Shown: one piece after another, positions 16,542 through 25,282 of the stretch
Layout: the number at the start of each line of letters is the position of its first letter
How positions within the stretch are numbered: the first letter of the stretch is position 1
Assembly: GCF_000020025.1 (NCBI RefSeq)
Contig: NC_010628.1
Span: 5,280,001-5,312,000, forward strand
DNA from: Nostoc punctiforme PCC 73102
Lineage (GTDB): Bacteria; Cyanobacteriota; Cyanobacteriia; Cyanobacteriales; Nostocaceae
Length of the DNA stretch: 32,000 nt
Direction: 5' to 3'
Notes under the pieces: model-generated
Databases searched by the model: none
Told to the model about the DNA's origin: nothing
The model's input: only the letters and a program-made list of their open reading frames with translations
Translations under genes and position numbers: made by a program

Positions 16542-17171
16542 ATGATATATTCTACAACTCCTACTTCAAACTCTTCTGCCGTGTCAAATAGCTCTGCTTT
16601 AAGCGGACGATTGTCCCAGCAGATATTTACCCGTAGGGAAATAATTCCACTTCAAAATGACGTACTTTGGCGTATTGAATACGGTGCAGTTCGTACCTTA
16701 ACATGGGGTGAAGATGGAACATTCATCACTCTTGGTTATTGGGGATTAGGGGATCTGATTGGCTATCCTTTATCTAGGGTCAAGCCCTACCAAATTGAAT
16801 GTCTCACAGGCGTGGAAGTAAGCATTGTACCGCCTCATTTGTGGCATCAAGATATTAATGCTTTGTTGTCCCATATTCAACAGGCAGAGGATCTACTAAG
16901 TATTGTGCATCGAAAACCAATTTCGCTGCGCTTATGGCAATTTTTGGTGTGGTTAAGTGAAAAATTTGGACGTGATGTAGATAAGGGCAAGCTAATTGAT
17001 TTAAATGTTACCCATCAAGATATTGCTGAAGTATTAAATACGACGCGAGTAACAGTTACCCGACTTTTACAGCAATTGGAAGAAGAAGGAACAGTTCTAC
17101 GCCACAAACGCCGCATTATTTTGCGTTTACCCAATAAATTAATTAAAAATTATGGTTCAGCAGTATGTTAG
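16542..17171 (+). CDS. Crp/Fnr-family transcriptional regulator
   Basis: 209 aa. The N-terminal part is cNMP-binding-like beta-roll sequence (TLGYWGLGDLIGYPL). The C-terminal part is a Crp-type HTH (VTHQDIAEVLNTTRVTVTRLLQQLEEEGTV). Confidence 0.85.
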   Translation: MIYSTTPTSNSSAVSNSSALSGRLSQQIFTRREIIPLQNDVLWRIEYGAVRTLTWGEDGTFITLGYWGLGDLIGYPLSRVKPYQIECLTGVEVSIVPPHLWHQDINALLSHIQQAEDLLSIVHRKPISLRLWQFLVWLSEKFGRDVDKGKLIDLNVTHQDIAEVLNTTRVTVTRLLQQLEEEGTVLRHKRRIILRLPNKLIKNYGSAVC

Positions 17172-17303
17172 CTGAATTGCTTGTAAGATTCACAGAATGT
17201 AATGTATAATCTTATCTGTGATTGTGTGTGGAATTCCCAAAAGTAAAGTGTTATAAGCGTTTTACAGTGTTCGGGTTATTTAGGTGTGAGTGAGAGTAAA
17301 AAC

Positions 17304-18965
17304 ATGACAAAACGATTCTGGAATCTTTTTAAGGTTAGTCCAGTTATTGTAGCTGCGACATTTTTTGTTGCGAATAGCGCTCTAGCTGCTGAAGTCAACG
17401 AACAAGTAACAAATGCTGCCCAGTTATCTGAAGCTCAAGACTCTAATGATATGAGTCAGGTAACATCAGTTTCGCAATTTTCAGATGTGCAACCCACAGA
17501 TTGGGCATTCCAAGCTTTACAATCTCTAGTTGAGCGCTACGGCTGTATTGCAGGTTATCCCAACAGTACCTATCGTGGGAACCGTGCTTTGACCCGTTAT
17601 GAATTTGCCGCAGGTTTGAATGCCTGTTTAGATCGGGTTAACGAACTGATTGCTACAGCTACTGCCGATTTGGTCAGCAAACAAGATTTAGCTACTTTAC
17701 AGCGCTTACAAGAAGAATATTCTGCTGAATTAGCAACTCTGCGCGGTCGTGTGGATGGACTAGAAGCTCGCACTTCTGAGTTGGAAGCTAATCAGTTCTC
17801 TACTACCACCAAGTTGGTTGGAGAAGCAATTTTCGCAGTGTCTGATGTTTTTGGTGACACTAGAGCCGCTCGTGGTGGCAATCCTACTCAAGACTTGAAT
17901 TCCAATACCACTTTTAGCGATCGCGTTCGTTTGAAATTGTACAGCAGTTTCACTGGTACAGACCAGTTGGAAACACGTCTAAATGCTGGCAATATCGTCT
18001 CCAATCGTGGTAATGATGCATTGGGTACTGGTACTGGTACCAATATGAGCCGCTTAGGTTTTGATGGAGATACTGGCAACAGCGTTAGCATCGATAAACT
18101 CAACTATGCTTTCAACTTGACTGATGCAGTACGTGTCAAAGTTGATGCCATTGGTGCTGAATTATACGAAAACGTTAATAACTTCAACTCTGACTTTGCA
18201 AGCTCTGGTAGAGGTGCGCTCTCACGTTATGGACGTTTCAGCCCCATATATCGCCAAGGTCAAGGTGGCAGTGGTGTAACTGTTACCTTCAACCCTAAAG
18301 GCGCTATCAGTTTAAGCGGTGCTTATCTAGCTAGAACTGCTAATGACCCTACCCTTAATAATGGGTTGTTGGATGGTGATAACGCTATCTTTGGTCAGTT
18401 ATCTTTCCAACCCACCAAAGCCTTTAATATTGGTCTAACTTACGCTCGTACTTATCAAACTAATCTTGTTAACAATACTGTTAACAATAACCTTTTCCAA
18501 GGTACAGGTAGTATTTTTGCTAACAATCCCTTTGGGAATAACACTCGTACTATATCCAACAACTACGGTGTAGAAGCTACCTTCCAATTTAGCCCGACGT
18601 TAGCTATTAGTGGTTGGGGAGGTTATACAACTGCTGATGCGATTACTGGTGCTAATGCAGGTACAGATGCAGACGTTTGGTATTGGGCTGGAGCGCTTGC
18701 TTTAAAAGACTTTGGTGGCGAAGGCAACGTTTTAGGTATCATCTTTGGTCAACCACCCAAAGTTACTGGTGGTAGCATCAAAAATGTCGCTGGTAATACT
18801 ACCTTCGACGACAATACCTCTTATCACTTAGAGGGTCTTTACAAGTACAAGGTTTCCGATAATATTCAGGTAACACCTGGCTTGTTGGTAATCTTCAATC
18901 CAGAACACAACGACGCTAACGACACTGAATACGTAGCTACCCTGCGTACTACTTTCTCCTTCTAA
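17304..18965 (+). CDS. Outer-membrane porin with N-terminal SLH domain, coiled-coil linker and OprB-type beta-barrel
   Basis: The track start at 17286 is GTG. ATG at 17304 gives MTKRFWNLFKVSPVIVAATFFVANSALA (signal peptide). The SLH motif is DWAFQALQSLVERYGCIAGYPNSTYRGNRALTRYEFAAGL. The coiled-coil segment is LQRLQEEYSAELATLRGRVDGLEARTSELE. The barrel is rich in G/N/T/Y and ends in a terminal F (TLRTTFSF). Confidence 0.9.
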   Translation: MTKRFWNLFKVSPVIVAATFFVANSALAAEVNEQVTNAAQLSEAQDSNDMSQVTSVSQFSDVQPTDWAFQALQSLVERYGCIAGYPNSTYRGNRALTRYEFAAGLNACLDRVNELIATATADLVSKQDLATLQRLQEEYSAELATLRGRVDGLEARTSELEANQFSTTTKLVGEAIFAVSDVFGDTRAARGGNPTQDLNSNTTFSDRVRLKLYSSFTGTDQLETRLNAGNIVSNRGNDALGTGTGTNMSRLGFDGDTGNSVSIDKLNYAFNLTDAVRVKVDAIGAELYENVNNFNSDFASSGRGALSRYGRFSPIYRQGQGGSGVTVTFNPKGAISLSGAYLARTANDPTLNNGLLDGDNAIFGQLSFQPTKAFNIGLTYARTYQTNLVNNTVNNNLFQGTGSIFANNPFGNNTRTISNNYGVEATFQFSPTLAISGWGGYTTADAITGANAGTDADVWYWAGALALKDFGGEGNVLGIIFGQPPKVTGGSIKNVAGNTTFDDNTSYHLEGLYKYKVSDNIQVTPGLLVIFNPEHNDANDTEYVATLRTTFSF

Positions 18966-19003
18966 AATTGGTGATGAAATATAAATCTCAGAATTAGATA
19001 AAC

Positions 19004-19034
19004 AAAACCCCCACTTTTAGGTGGGGTTTTGTTT
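19004..19034. terminator. Bidirectional intrinsic terminator between the convergent porin and Cys-rich genes
   Basis: AAAACCCCCAC-ttttag-GTGGGGTTTT followed by GTTT. A-run and T-run flanks allow function on both strands. Confidence 0.75.
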
Positions 19035-19047
19035 AGAAAAAAATTAG

Positions 19048-19308
19048 CTATGTAGGATTATAATCTGGCTGATTGGATATATCTTTAGGGGGGCGATCGC
19101 TACTCCAAGCCCACCACACAGTACCACAGTGGCAATAATAGAATTCTTGCCATTTGCGACGACGGTCTTCTGTAAGTACAGGCGATCGCCGATTTAGCCA
19201 AACTTTTTCAGCTTCTCGGCTAGTTGAGTGGCAATTAGGACAGCAAAATTCATAAGCGTGTATTGCCTGATTCGTCCATTCAGGCGGGAGGGTAGCAAAA
19301 GCGTCCAT
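19048..19308 (-). CDS. Small Cys-rich (zinc-ribbon-like) conserved hypothetical protein
   Basis: 86 aa. CCPNCHS ... YYCHCG gives CxxC plus CxC spacing typical of a Zn ribbon. It is Trp-rich. The terminator lies immediately downstream. Confidence 0.6.
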   Translation of the reverse strand: MDAFATLPPEWTNQAIHAYEFCCPNCHSTSREAEKVWLNRRSPVLTEDRRRKWQEFYYCHCGTVWWAWSSDRPPKDISNQPDYNPT

Positions 19309-19576
19309 ATCGTTACAGTAATATCAATGGTTATCCAAAACTTTCAGGTTTTGAATTTGGGGGCAAACGGATACTATAAAATCCCGCCACACTATCAAAT
19401 TGCTTTATCAATATTCTTATGGCTTTGTCTAAACTATTTACAAATAGCCATTTACAGAAATTTTTACTAATAGAATAACTATTTAGAAAGATTGCGAGAG
19501 CATCTCACAAATCAAAGGTTAACACAAATGGTAACTAAAATAATTACTATGCACATTATGGCTAATAATTAAATTT

Positions 19577-20182
19577 ATGGAGCCAAATGTTGAAATTCGC
19601 CGTTTGTTAGATGTAATGCCTGCTTCTGGTCGGATGACGACAAAAATCGTTAGTAAGCCAGAACAGGCGAAAGTGATTGATGCGTCCTTTCCCCAACCCT
19701 GGAATCAGACGCGACCAATATATATTAATTTCGATTTATGGCGTTGCCTAGCCAAGCCGCAACGAGATTTGCTGCTGTTGCAGATGGTTAGCTGGTTGAC
19801 GGGGGTGAAGTGGTTTAAACCCGACATTTATCAAGGTGTCGTGCTAGTGGGGATGTTAGGCGGCTTATTAGAAGCATCACAGTCAGATGTGGTGGGTGTA
19901 GCCATAGCTGGGGGATTAAGTGCGATCGCTGCTTTTCGGATCTGGCGTACTAATAAATCTCAAGAGTCAGAGTTAAATGCCGATGCAGCAGCAATTCGCA
20001 TAGCACAACGGCGCGGTTATTCAGAAGCGGAAGCAGCGCAGCACCTATTGTTGGCAATTGAAGCGGTAGCAAAAATTGAAGGGCGTTCTGGTTTAAATTT
20101 TACTGAGTTGATTCGTTGCCAAAATCTCAGAGCGATCGCAGGCTTATCACCAGTGGGTATGCCAGAAAGTTATGATAAGTAG
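19577..20182 (+). CDS. Conserved hypothetical membrane-associated protein
   Basis: 201 aa with an ATG start. Central hydrophobic/Gly-rich spans are LLLLQMVSWLTGV and VVLVGMLGGLL..GVAIAGGLSAIAAF. No motif that I can assign to a named family. Confidence 0.6.
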   Translation: MEPNVEIRRLLDVMPASGRMTTKIVSKPEQAKVIDASFPQPWNQTRPIYINFDLWRCLAKPQRDLLLLQMVSWLTGVKWFKPDIYQGVVLVGMLGGLLEASQSDVVGVAIAGGLSAIAAFRIWRTNKSQESELNADAAAIRIAQRRGYSEAEAAQHLLLAIEAVAKIEGRSGLNFTELIRCQNLRAIAGLSPVGMPESYDK

Positions 20183-20452
20183 AACTTTTTTATCACTACA
20201 GAACCTTTTAGCCACAAATACGACTTTGTGCATTTAGCTCAAAGCTTCTAACGAAGTGCAATACATGAGCTTCCAACTAGCTGCAAAGCATGGGGCTATT
20301 CTACACTGGAATCAGAGAATGTGTGTTTAACTGACTTAGATGTAAAAAACTGGGGAGTTTTGTCATACCTTCTCGGCGTTGCTTATGAAGTGCTTACCTA
20401 GTGTGGTAAAACTTAACTTAAATTCTGTCAGTTACTAGCGGAGTTGATAGGA

Positions 20453-20644
20453 ATGGGTACTTTAATTGTTATTGGCTTGATAGGGGTTTACGGAGGTGGC
20501 GTTTGGAAGTTTTGGAATGGATTTGGACGGACTAATTTTAATCCAACTTTGACCAATCGCATTGGTTTATCCTTGCTATGGCCAGCTTTGTTTATTACGA
20601 ATCAATCCTATCGTCGAAACTTTAGAAAAGCGTTGAAGGGCTAG
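20453..20644 (+). CDS. Small membrane protein (63 aa from ATG; the track start at 20444 is TTG)
   Basis: MGTLIVIGLIGVYGGGVWKFW is a TM segment and LSLLWPALFI is a second hydrophobic stretch. The assignment is tentative. Confidence 0.4.
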   Translation: MGTLIVIGLIGVYGGGVWKFWNGFGRTNFNPTLTNRIGLSLLWPALFITNQSYRRNFRKALKG

Positions 20645-20713
20645 AGTTTAGTATTAAGCCCAACGTCATCTAAATGTGACGGTGGCATATATCTCAATAT
20701 CAATCTAACCCAC

Positions 20714-20746
20714 CAACCCCCTTCCCCTAGTAGGGGAAGGGGGTTG
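20714..20746. terminator. GC-rich near-perfect palindrome CAACCCCCTTCCCCTA-g-TAGGGGAAGGGGGTTG
   Basis: 16-nt arms are exact reverse complements around a single G. It lies between convergent genes (20444-20644 + and 20855-21259 -) and is followed by TCTTT. Confidence 0.5.
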
Positions 20747-20854
20747 TCTTTGATCATCCTAAAAGGAGAGGAATTAGGGGAGGAATAAACTCGTAGTGTT
20801 CACAAGTGAAACCTGTTAACAATTGGGAAGTATTTTCGCTGATGAATTTACGAA

Positions 20855-21259
20855 TTATTTGCCATTGGTCAGTAGATGGATTGCTGCACCTACAGCTGCA
20901 CCATCAACAGCATTCCCAAGGGTATCTCTGCTATCGCCAGTAACTACGCCGGTCACTGCGCTTGCACCAGCACCGACTCCAACATCTTGACCAATGTTCC
21001 GGTGACGGCGATTGCGAGTGTTTCTTAGACCATTTGCACCATTGACGGCTGCACCAGTGACACCACCTTTGACAGCATTGCCTAATACACTACCATTTCC
21101 CCTAACGGCTCCAGTGACGACATTGGTAACAGCCCCAATACCTGCATCTCGTAGTACTTGATCGTCAGCAGCAGCCGGTTTAGCAGGAACCAAAGTTACA
21201 CCAGCTAAACTTGCAGCCATGAGGCTTGGTAGAAGTGTACGTTTTAGGATTTTATTCAT
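20855..21259 (-). CDS. Secreted glycine-zipper-like repeat protein
   Basis: 134 aa. Signal peptide is MNKILKRTLLPSLMAASLAGVTLVPAKPAAA. It contains repeated G-x-x-V-T-G / GNAV-x-G units (GAVTNVVTGAVRGNGSVLGNAVKGGVTGAAVNG; GASAVTGVVTGDSRDTLGNAVDGAAVGAAI). These flank a basic patch, RNTRNRRHRN. Confidence 0.65.
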   Translation of the reverse strand: MNKILKRTLLPSLMAASLAGVTLVPAKPAAADDQVLRDAGIGAVTNVVTGAVRGNGSVLGNAVKGGVTGAAVNGANGLRNTRNRRHRNIGQDVGVGAGASAVTGVVTGDSRDTLGNAVDGAAVGAAIHLLTNGK

Positions 21260-21681
21260 TGTGTTACCTTCTCAAAACATCAAACAATTGGCTAAAAACC
21301 AAAGTTACTATAGTCAGATAAAATTTGATTTTTTATCTTAACAACAAAGCAACTATTTATTGTTCGAGAACATATACATAGTCGCATTTATCAAGTCATA
21401 ACGGCATCTACTGAAAGCATGAATATATATTAAGCCCTGAGAAGTCCTTGCTAATTTATTCGCTGATACTAGAGATTACACATTGACAAAATAAATCAAA
21501 AATGCGTCTTAAATTTTTTCGTATATAAAGTTTTATTTTTCATTACTGGCAAGCGATTTTTGACGAGCAGCCGTATAGGGTTTACCCTATCTATCTAAAG
21601 GTAGGTACCAAAATAATTAAACTAACTCGTCTGGGTTAATATTTAATTTTCTTAGATTAGCAGCCAGGCGCTGCGATCGCA

Positions 21682-23193
21682 TTAAAATCCTAAATCTACA
21701 GCAATCCGGTGGGCGCAAGCAAACCCAGAAAAAGCTACTGCATTCAATCCCTGACCAGGAAAGGTACTATCCCCGACACAATAAAGTCCTGGAATGGCTG
21801 TGCGATTAAAGGGCATCTTCAATAACCCCCGCAGCTTACGCCTGGGAATTGGCCCATAACTGCCATCCTGACGACCCAAAAAGCGGCGATGGGTGCGGGG
21901 TGTGCCTACCTCTAGATAATCCAATCCAGCATCTAAGCCAGGAAAAATCTTCTCTAGGCGGTCAATAATTCGCCCAGCCGCCTCTTCTTTCTTCGCTTTG
22001 TACTCGCTTGGAGAAAGTTCTTGCCAATCATCAATCCAGTGAGGCGTGAAGGCATGAATGATGTGATATCCACTTGGCGCTAAATCTGGGTCAAGCAATG
22101 TGGGAATCGAAACAAAAATTGTCCCTTCCACTGCCGTCATCTTTTCCCAACCTTCCAGCAAAATATGATGGCACTCTGTCCCCACAGGTAAAACTGACTC
22201 TTTTACCCCTATATGTAAACTCAAGAAGCTGGGAGATTTTTGATAATTCTGTTGCCACTTTTTCTCATTAAGTGGCATTTCTTCTGCTGGTAGTAGTTGC
22301 TCAAACGTATCCCAGCGTGTGGCATTAGAAACTATGCGTTTACCCCGATATACTTTACCATTCGCCAGTTGCACACCTACCGCTTTTCCCTTTTCTGTGA
22401 GGATTTTCGTGACTCTAGCTTTGTACTGAATCTTACCCCCAGCTTTTTCTAGACCTTCCACCAGTTTTTGGGCAATTTGTCCTACTCCGCCTTTGGGATA
22501 GTTAACTCCACCATAATGCCTGTCAGAAAAGACCATTCCAGCATTAATCATTGGTGTCATGTCTGACGGAACCACCGACCAGCAATAACATTCCATATCG
22601 ATAAATTTTAATAGTTTAGGATCTTTGATGTAGCGTCTGGCAAAATCCCCAGCATTTTGGGGCAGATACTTAACTAAACCGAGACACGCCAAAGGATGCT
22701 GAAAAAATACCCGCAGTAAATACCAAGGTTCTTCCAACGACAGTAAATCCATGCTGTTGAGACACTTGAATACTTTTTGGCATTCGTCATAAAAGCGACG
22801 AATCCCTTTTTCTTCATGGGGAAAATGAGCAATAAGATTTTGCAAAAATTTTTCATAAACCCGGTCAACCTTCAGGTCTAAACCTTGGGGTAGATGATAG
22901 TGAATCTGCACCGGATCTGCGATCGCATCTTGGCTAACATTCACAGCTGTCAAAGCACGGGTGAGTAAGTTTGTAGTGCCGTTTTGTCCTAGCCCAAAAA
23001 TCATCGATGCACCAACATCAAATCGGTAGCCTTGGCGTTCAAAATAACCTGCGCTACCACCTGGAATCAAATAACGTTCCAGCACCAGCACTTTTGCCCC
23101 CTTAGCCGCTAGTTGGGTCGCTGTTACTAACCCACCAATACCAGACCCAATCACGATTGCGTCATTTGTCATTTGTTCTTTGTCCTTTGTCAT
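21682..23193 (-). CDS. crtH: Carotenoid (prolycopene) cis-trans isomerase CrtH
   Basis: FAD-binding N-terminus DAIVIGSGIGGLVTATQLAAKGAKVLVLERYLIPGGSAGYFERQGYRFDVGASMIFG closely matches my recollection of cyanobacterial CrtH. The track start at 23277 is TTG and runs through repeat DNA. In-frame ATGs at 23193 and 23172 are more plausible, and both lie inside a heptamer array. Confidence 0.88.
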   Translation of the reverse strand: MTKDKEQMTNDAIVIGSGIGGLVTATQLAAKGAKVLVLERYLIPGGSAGYFERQGYRFDVGASMIFGLGQNGTTNLLTRALTAVNVSQDAIADPVQIHYHLPQGLDLKVDRVYEKFLQNLIAHFPHEEKGIRRFYDECQKVFKCLNSMDLLSLEEPWYLLRVFFQHPLACLGLVKYLPQNAGDFARRYIKDPKLLKFIDMECYCWSVVPSDMTPMINAGMVFSDRHYGGVNYPKGGVGQIAQKLVEGLEKAGGKIQYKARVTKILTEKGKAVGVQLANGKVYRGKRIVSNATRWDTFEQLLPAEEMPLNEKKWQQNYQKSPSFLSLHIGVKESVLPVGTECHHILLEGWEKMTAVEGTIFVSIPTLLDPDLAPSGYHIIHAFTPHWIDDWQELSPSEYKAKKEEAAGRIIDRLEKIFPGLDAGLDYLEVGTPRTHRRFLGRQDGSYGPIPRRKLRGLLKMPFNRTAIPGLYCVGDSTFPGQGLNAVAFSGFACAHRIAVDLGF

Positions 23194-23196
23194 TTG
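23162..23196. repeat. STRR-like heptamer array, 5 units (TCATTTG TCATTTG TTCTTTG TCCTTTG TCATTTG)
   Basis: Read directly. It overlaps the 5' end of crtH, including both candidate ATG codons. Two more units (ATTTGTC CTTTGTC) lie at 23255-23268. Confidence 0.85.
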
Positions 23197-23303
23197 TACT
23201 GAGCGTATCGCTAAAGCCAAAGCTCCGCTAACGCGTAGCCTCTCGTAGAGAAGTATTTGTCCTTTGTCTAGAGTCAATGAATATTTAATTTAACTAAGAC
23301 TAA

Positions 23304-23338
23304 TGACCAAGGACAAATGACCAATGACCAATGACCAA
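23304..23338. repeat. STRR heptamer array, 5 units (TGACCAA GGACAAA TGACCAA TGACCAA TGACCAA), the reverse complement of the STRR TTGGTCA type
   Basis: Read directly. It is in inverted orientation relative to the 23162-23196 array. Short tandemly repeated repetitive (STRR) heptamers are an established feature of heterocystous cyanobacteria. Confidence 0.85.
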
Positions 23339-23570
23339 TCAAAAAAAAGAGGGACGAGCCTGCTACTGCTGGCTAATCCCGTCTGCCGATCCTTAAAAGA
23401 GAGGAGAACACTGGATAATAATATAGCTTTGATTGAGAATAGATGTCAACAGCTAATGAAAAACTTTGTCAATAAATCGGAGAGTATTAATTTTAGCTGT
23501 CAGCCGGATGCAGGAAAGAGTATTATGGTGTTTCAGTTCTTGTACAATAAAAAGTCGCCTATTTCTGGCT

Positions 23571-24221
23571 ATGACGCTACAATTGCGCGTTTATGTTCCA
23601 CCCCATCCCCTGATCAAACACTGGCTGGCAGTCGCCCGTGATGCAGGCACGCCTTCAGTATTATTTCGCAGCGCCATGACTGAGTTGGGAAGATGGCTGA
23701 CTTATGAAGCTGCGCGAGACTGGTTGCCGACCCAAGAAACAGCAGTGCAGACTCCTTTGGATACCTGTCCAGCAACTGTGATCGATCCGCAAATACCAGT
23801 AGCAGTAGTACCGATTCTGCGGGCTGGACTAGGATTGCTTGAAGGAGCGCAGACTTTATTACCTTTAGCATCGGTTTATCATCTTGGCTTGGCGCGAGAT
23901 GAAGAAACACTGCAACCTCATTGTTATCTAAACAAGTTGCCAGAAAAATTTGACCCCCAAACACGAGTGTTAATTACCGATCCCATGTTGGCAACAGGAG
24001 GGTCGATTATGGCTACAATGGCAGAATTAACACAACGGGGTGCCGATCCTTCCCTGACCCGGATTGTTTGCGTAGTGGCGGCTCCACCAGCTTTGCAAAA
24101 ACTGAGTGAAGCTTATCCAGGTTTAATCGTTTACACCGCTACTATTGACGAAAAACTCAACAGTAAGGGGTTTATTGTACCGGGATTAGGAGATGCAGGC
24201 GATCGCACATTTGGGACTTAA
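23571..24221 (+). CDS. upp: Uracil phosphoribosyltransferase
   Basis: From ATG 23571: MTLQLRVYVPPHPLIKHWLAVARD.., a typical UPRTase N-terminus. PRPP-binding loop is VLITDPMLATGGS. C-terminus is IVPGLGDAGDRTFGT. The track's upstream extension (23466-23570) is hydrophobic nonsense. Confidence 0.9.
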   Translation: MTLQLRVYVPPHPLIKHWLAVARDAGTPSVLFRSAMTELGRWLTYEAARDWLPTQETAVQTPLDTCPATVIDPQIPVAVVPILRAGLGLLEGAQTLLPLASVYHLGLARDEETLQPHCYLNKLPEKFDPQTRVLITDPMLATGGSIMATMAELTQRGADPSLTRIVCVVAAPPALQKLSEAYPGLIVYTATIDEKLNSKGFIVPGLGDAGDRTFGT

Positions 24222-24298
24222 GCTAGTATGCAGCTAGGGCATATAAAGATAGCATAACTACTGTAAAAGTTGCAAGGTTTGTTGAAGGCGGTAAAGAT

Positions 24299-24652
24299 AT
24301 GAGTCAACGAGATGGTTTTAGCAGTGGTTTTTTAGCAGGGGCCTTTGTCGGTGGCGTATTTGGCGGTGTTATCGGCGCACTGATTGCTTCTCGACGCAAT
24401 CCAGAATTGGTAGCAGACGACGAGGTAGAACTGACGGATAGCCAAGTCGAAGCAAAGAAAATAGCAGCAAAGCGCCGTCAGATGAAAGCCTCAGAGACTG
24501 AGAGCATCGGCATAGAAACAGCTAGGCGATCGCTAGAAGATAAAATTGCCCAGCTAAATGCCACAATTGATGATGTGCGAAAGCAGCTAGGAAATGTAAA
24601 TGGTGATTCACCCCAAGCCAGCAAGGATCGCACCCTCACTAAAGACTCCTGA
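24299..24652 (+). CDS. Small membrane-anchored coiled-coil protein (YtxH-like)
   Basis: 117 aa. N-terminal glycine-zipper TM segment is GFLAGAFVGGVFGGVIGALIA. A charged helical tail follows (RRSLEDKIAQLNATIDDVRKQL). Confidence 0.65.
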   Translation: MSQRDGFSSGFLAGAFVGGVFGGVIGALIASRRNPELVADDEVELTDSQVEAKKIAAKRRQMKASETESIGIETARRSLEDKIAQLNATIDDVRKQLGNVNGDSPQASKDRTLTKDS

Positions 24653-24780
24653 AATTAGTTCAGGCGTGGTGAAAATGTCTTGTGTGGCCAGTGGTAAATC
24701 TGCAAACTCCATGACATAGACTAAATTAAAATTAGAAAGACAAGACCGCGTTTGACACTTAGTAGGAAACCAAGCCATCT

Positions 24781-25059
24781 ATGAGTTTACTGATTACCAC
24801 ACTAGTTACCTTTGTCACCTTTTATAGCTATTTACTAATTATCCGGGTTTTGTTGACCTGGTTCCCGACAATCAACTGGTATAACCAGCCATTTGCCGCT
24901 TTAGCCCAGATCAGCGATCCTTATTTGAATCTATTCCGCTCAATTATTCCCCCATTGGGCGGCATGGATTTTTCTCCGATCTTAGCTTTCTTAGCACTCA
25001 ACTTAGCTGGCGATCTTCTGAGAACCTTAGCTCGTTTGCCATTCGCGCAAGGATTTTGA
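24781..25059 (+). CDS. YggT family membrane protein (Ycf19 homologue)
   Basis: 92 aa. Two TM segments and the YggT signature region LLIIRVLLTWFP..DPYLNLFRSIIPPLGGMDFSPILAFLAL. Confidence 0.85.
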   Translation: MSLLITTLVTFVTFYSYLLIIRVLLTWFPTINWYNQPFAALAQISDPYLNLFRSIIPPLGGMDFSPILAFLALNLAGDLLRTLARLPFAQGF

Positions 25060-25080
25060 TTGCTACCCCAATAAAAACTT

Positions 25081-25121
25081 TTGTAGAGGCGCAAATTTTA
25101 ATTCACGCCTCTACAATTTTT
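25081..25121 (+). terminator. Rho-independent terminator of the yggT-like gene
   Basis: TTGTAGAGGCG-caaattttaattca-CGCCTCTACAA followed by TTTTT. It begins 22 nt after the stop. Confidence 0.8.
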
Positions 25122-25282
25122 ATTGCGTCTATAATACTGACTGGAAAACTTCTTCTTGTGCGGACTAACGCACCGACTCCTAAATCTCAAATCTAAAATT
25201 GGTAAGGTAAAAATCTTTTAATTTGTATCCGCCAAAAATAAATTTCTTGTGGGGTGGGCATTAGTTATGCAAATTAAATGCC

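Noticed and set aside
17888-18103. ORF 17888-18103 (-) inside the porin gene
   Set aside because: It is antisense to a well-supported porin coding sequence.
19228-19470. ORF 19228-19470 (+)
   Set aside because: It overlaps the 5' end of the Cys-rich gene on the opposite strand and continues into AT-rich promoter DNA. No motifs.
22074-22868. ORFs 22074-22271 (+) and 22674-22868 (-, out of frame) within crtH
   Set aside because: They are embedded in a confidently identified crtH coding region.
23194-23277. TTG-initiated N-terminal extension of crtH (MTLDKGQILLYERLRVSGALALAIRSVQ)
   Set aside because: It is read through repeat-like intergenic sequence and starts at TTG. Known CrtH proteins begin shortly before the GSGIGG FAD motif.
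23324-23641. 105-aa ORF starting MTNDQ in the STRR array, and the 23466-23570 extension of upp
   Set aside because: The ATG is created by the TGACCAA heptamer, and the rest overlaps the upp leader and coding region in another frame. The upp homology begins only at ATG 23571.
23614-23964. ORF 23614-23964 (-) inside upp
   Set aside because: It is antisense to a confidently identified upp gene.
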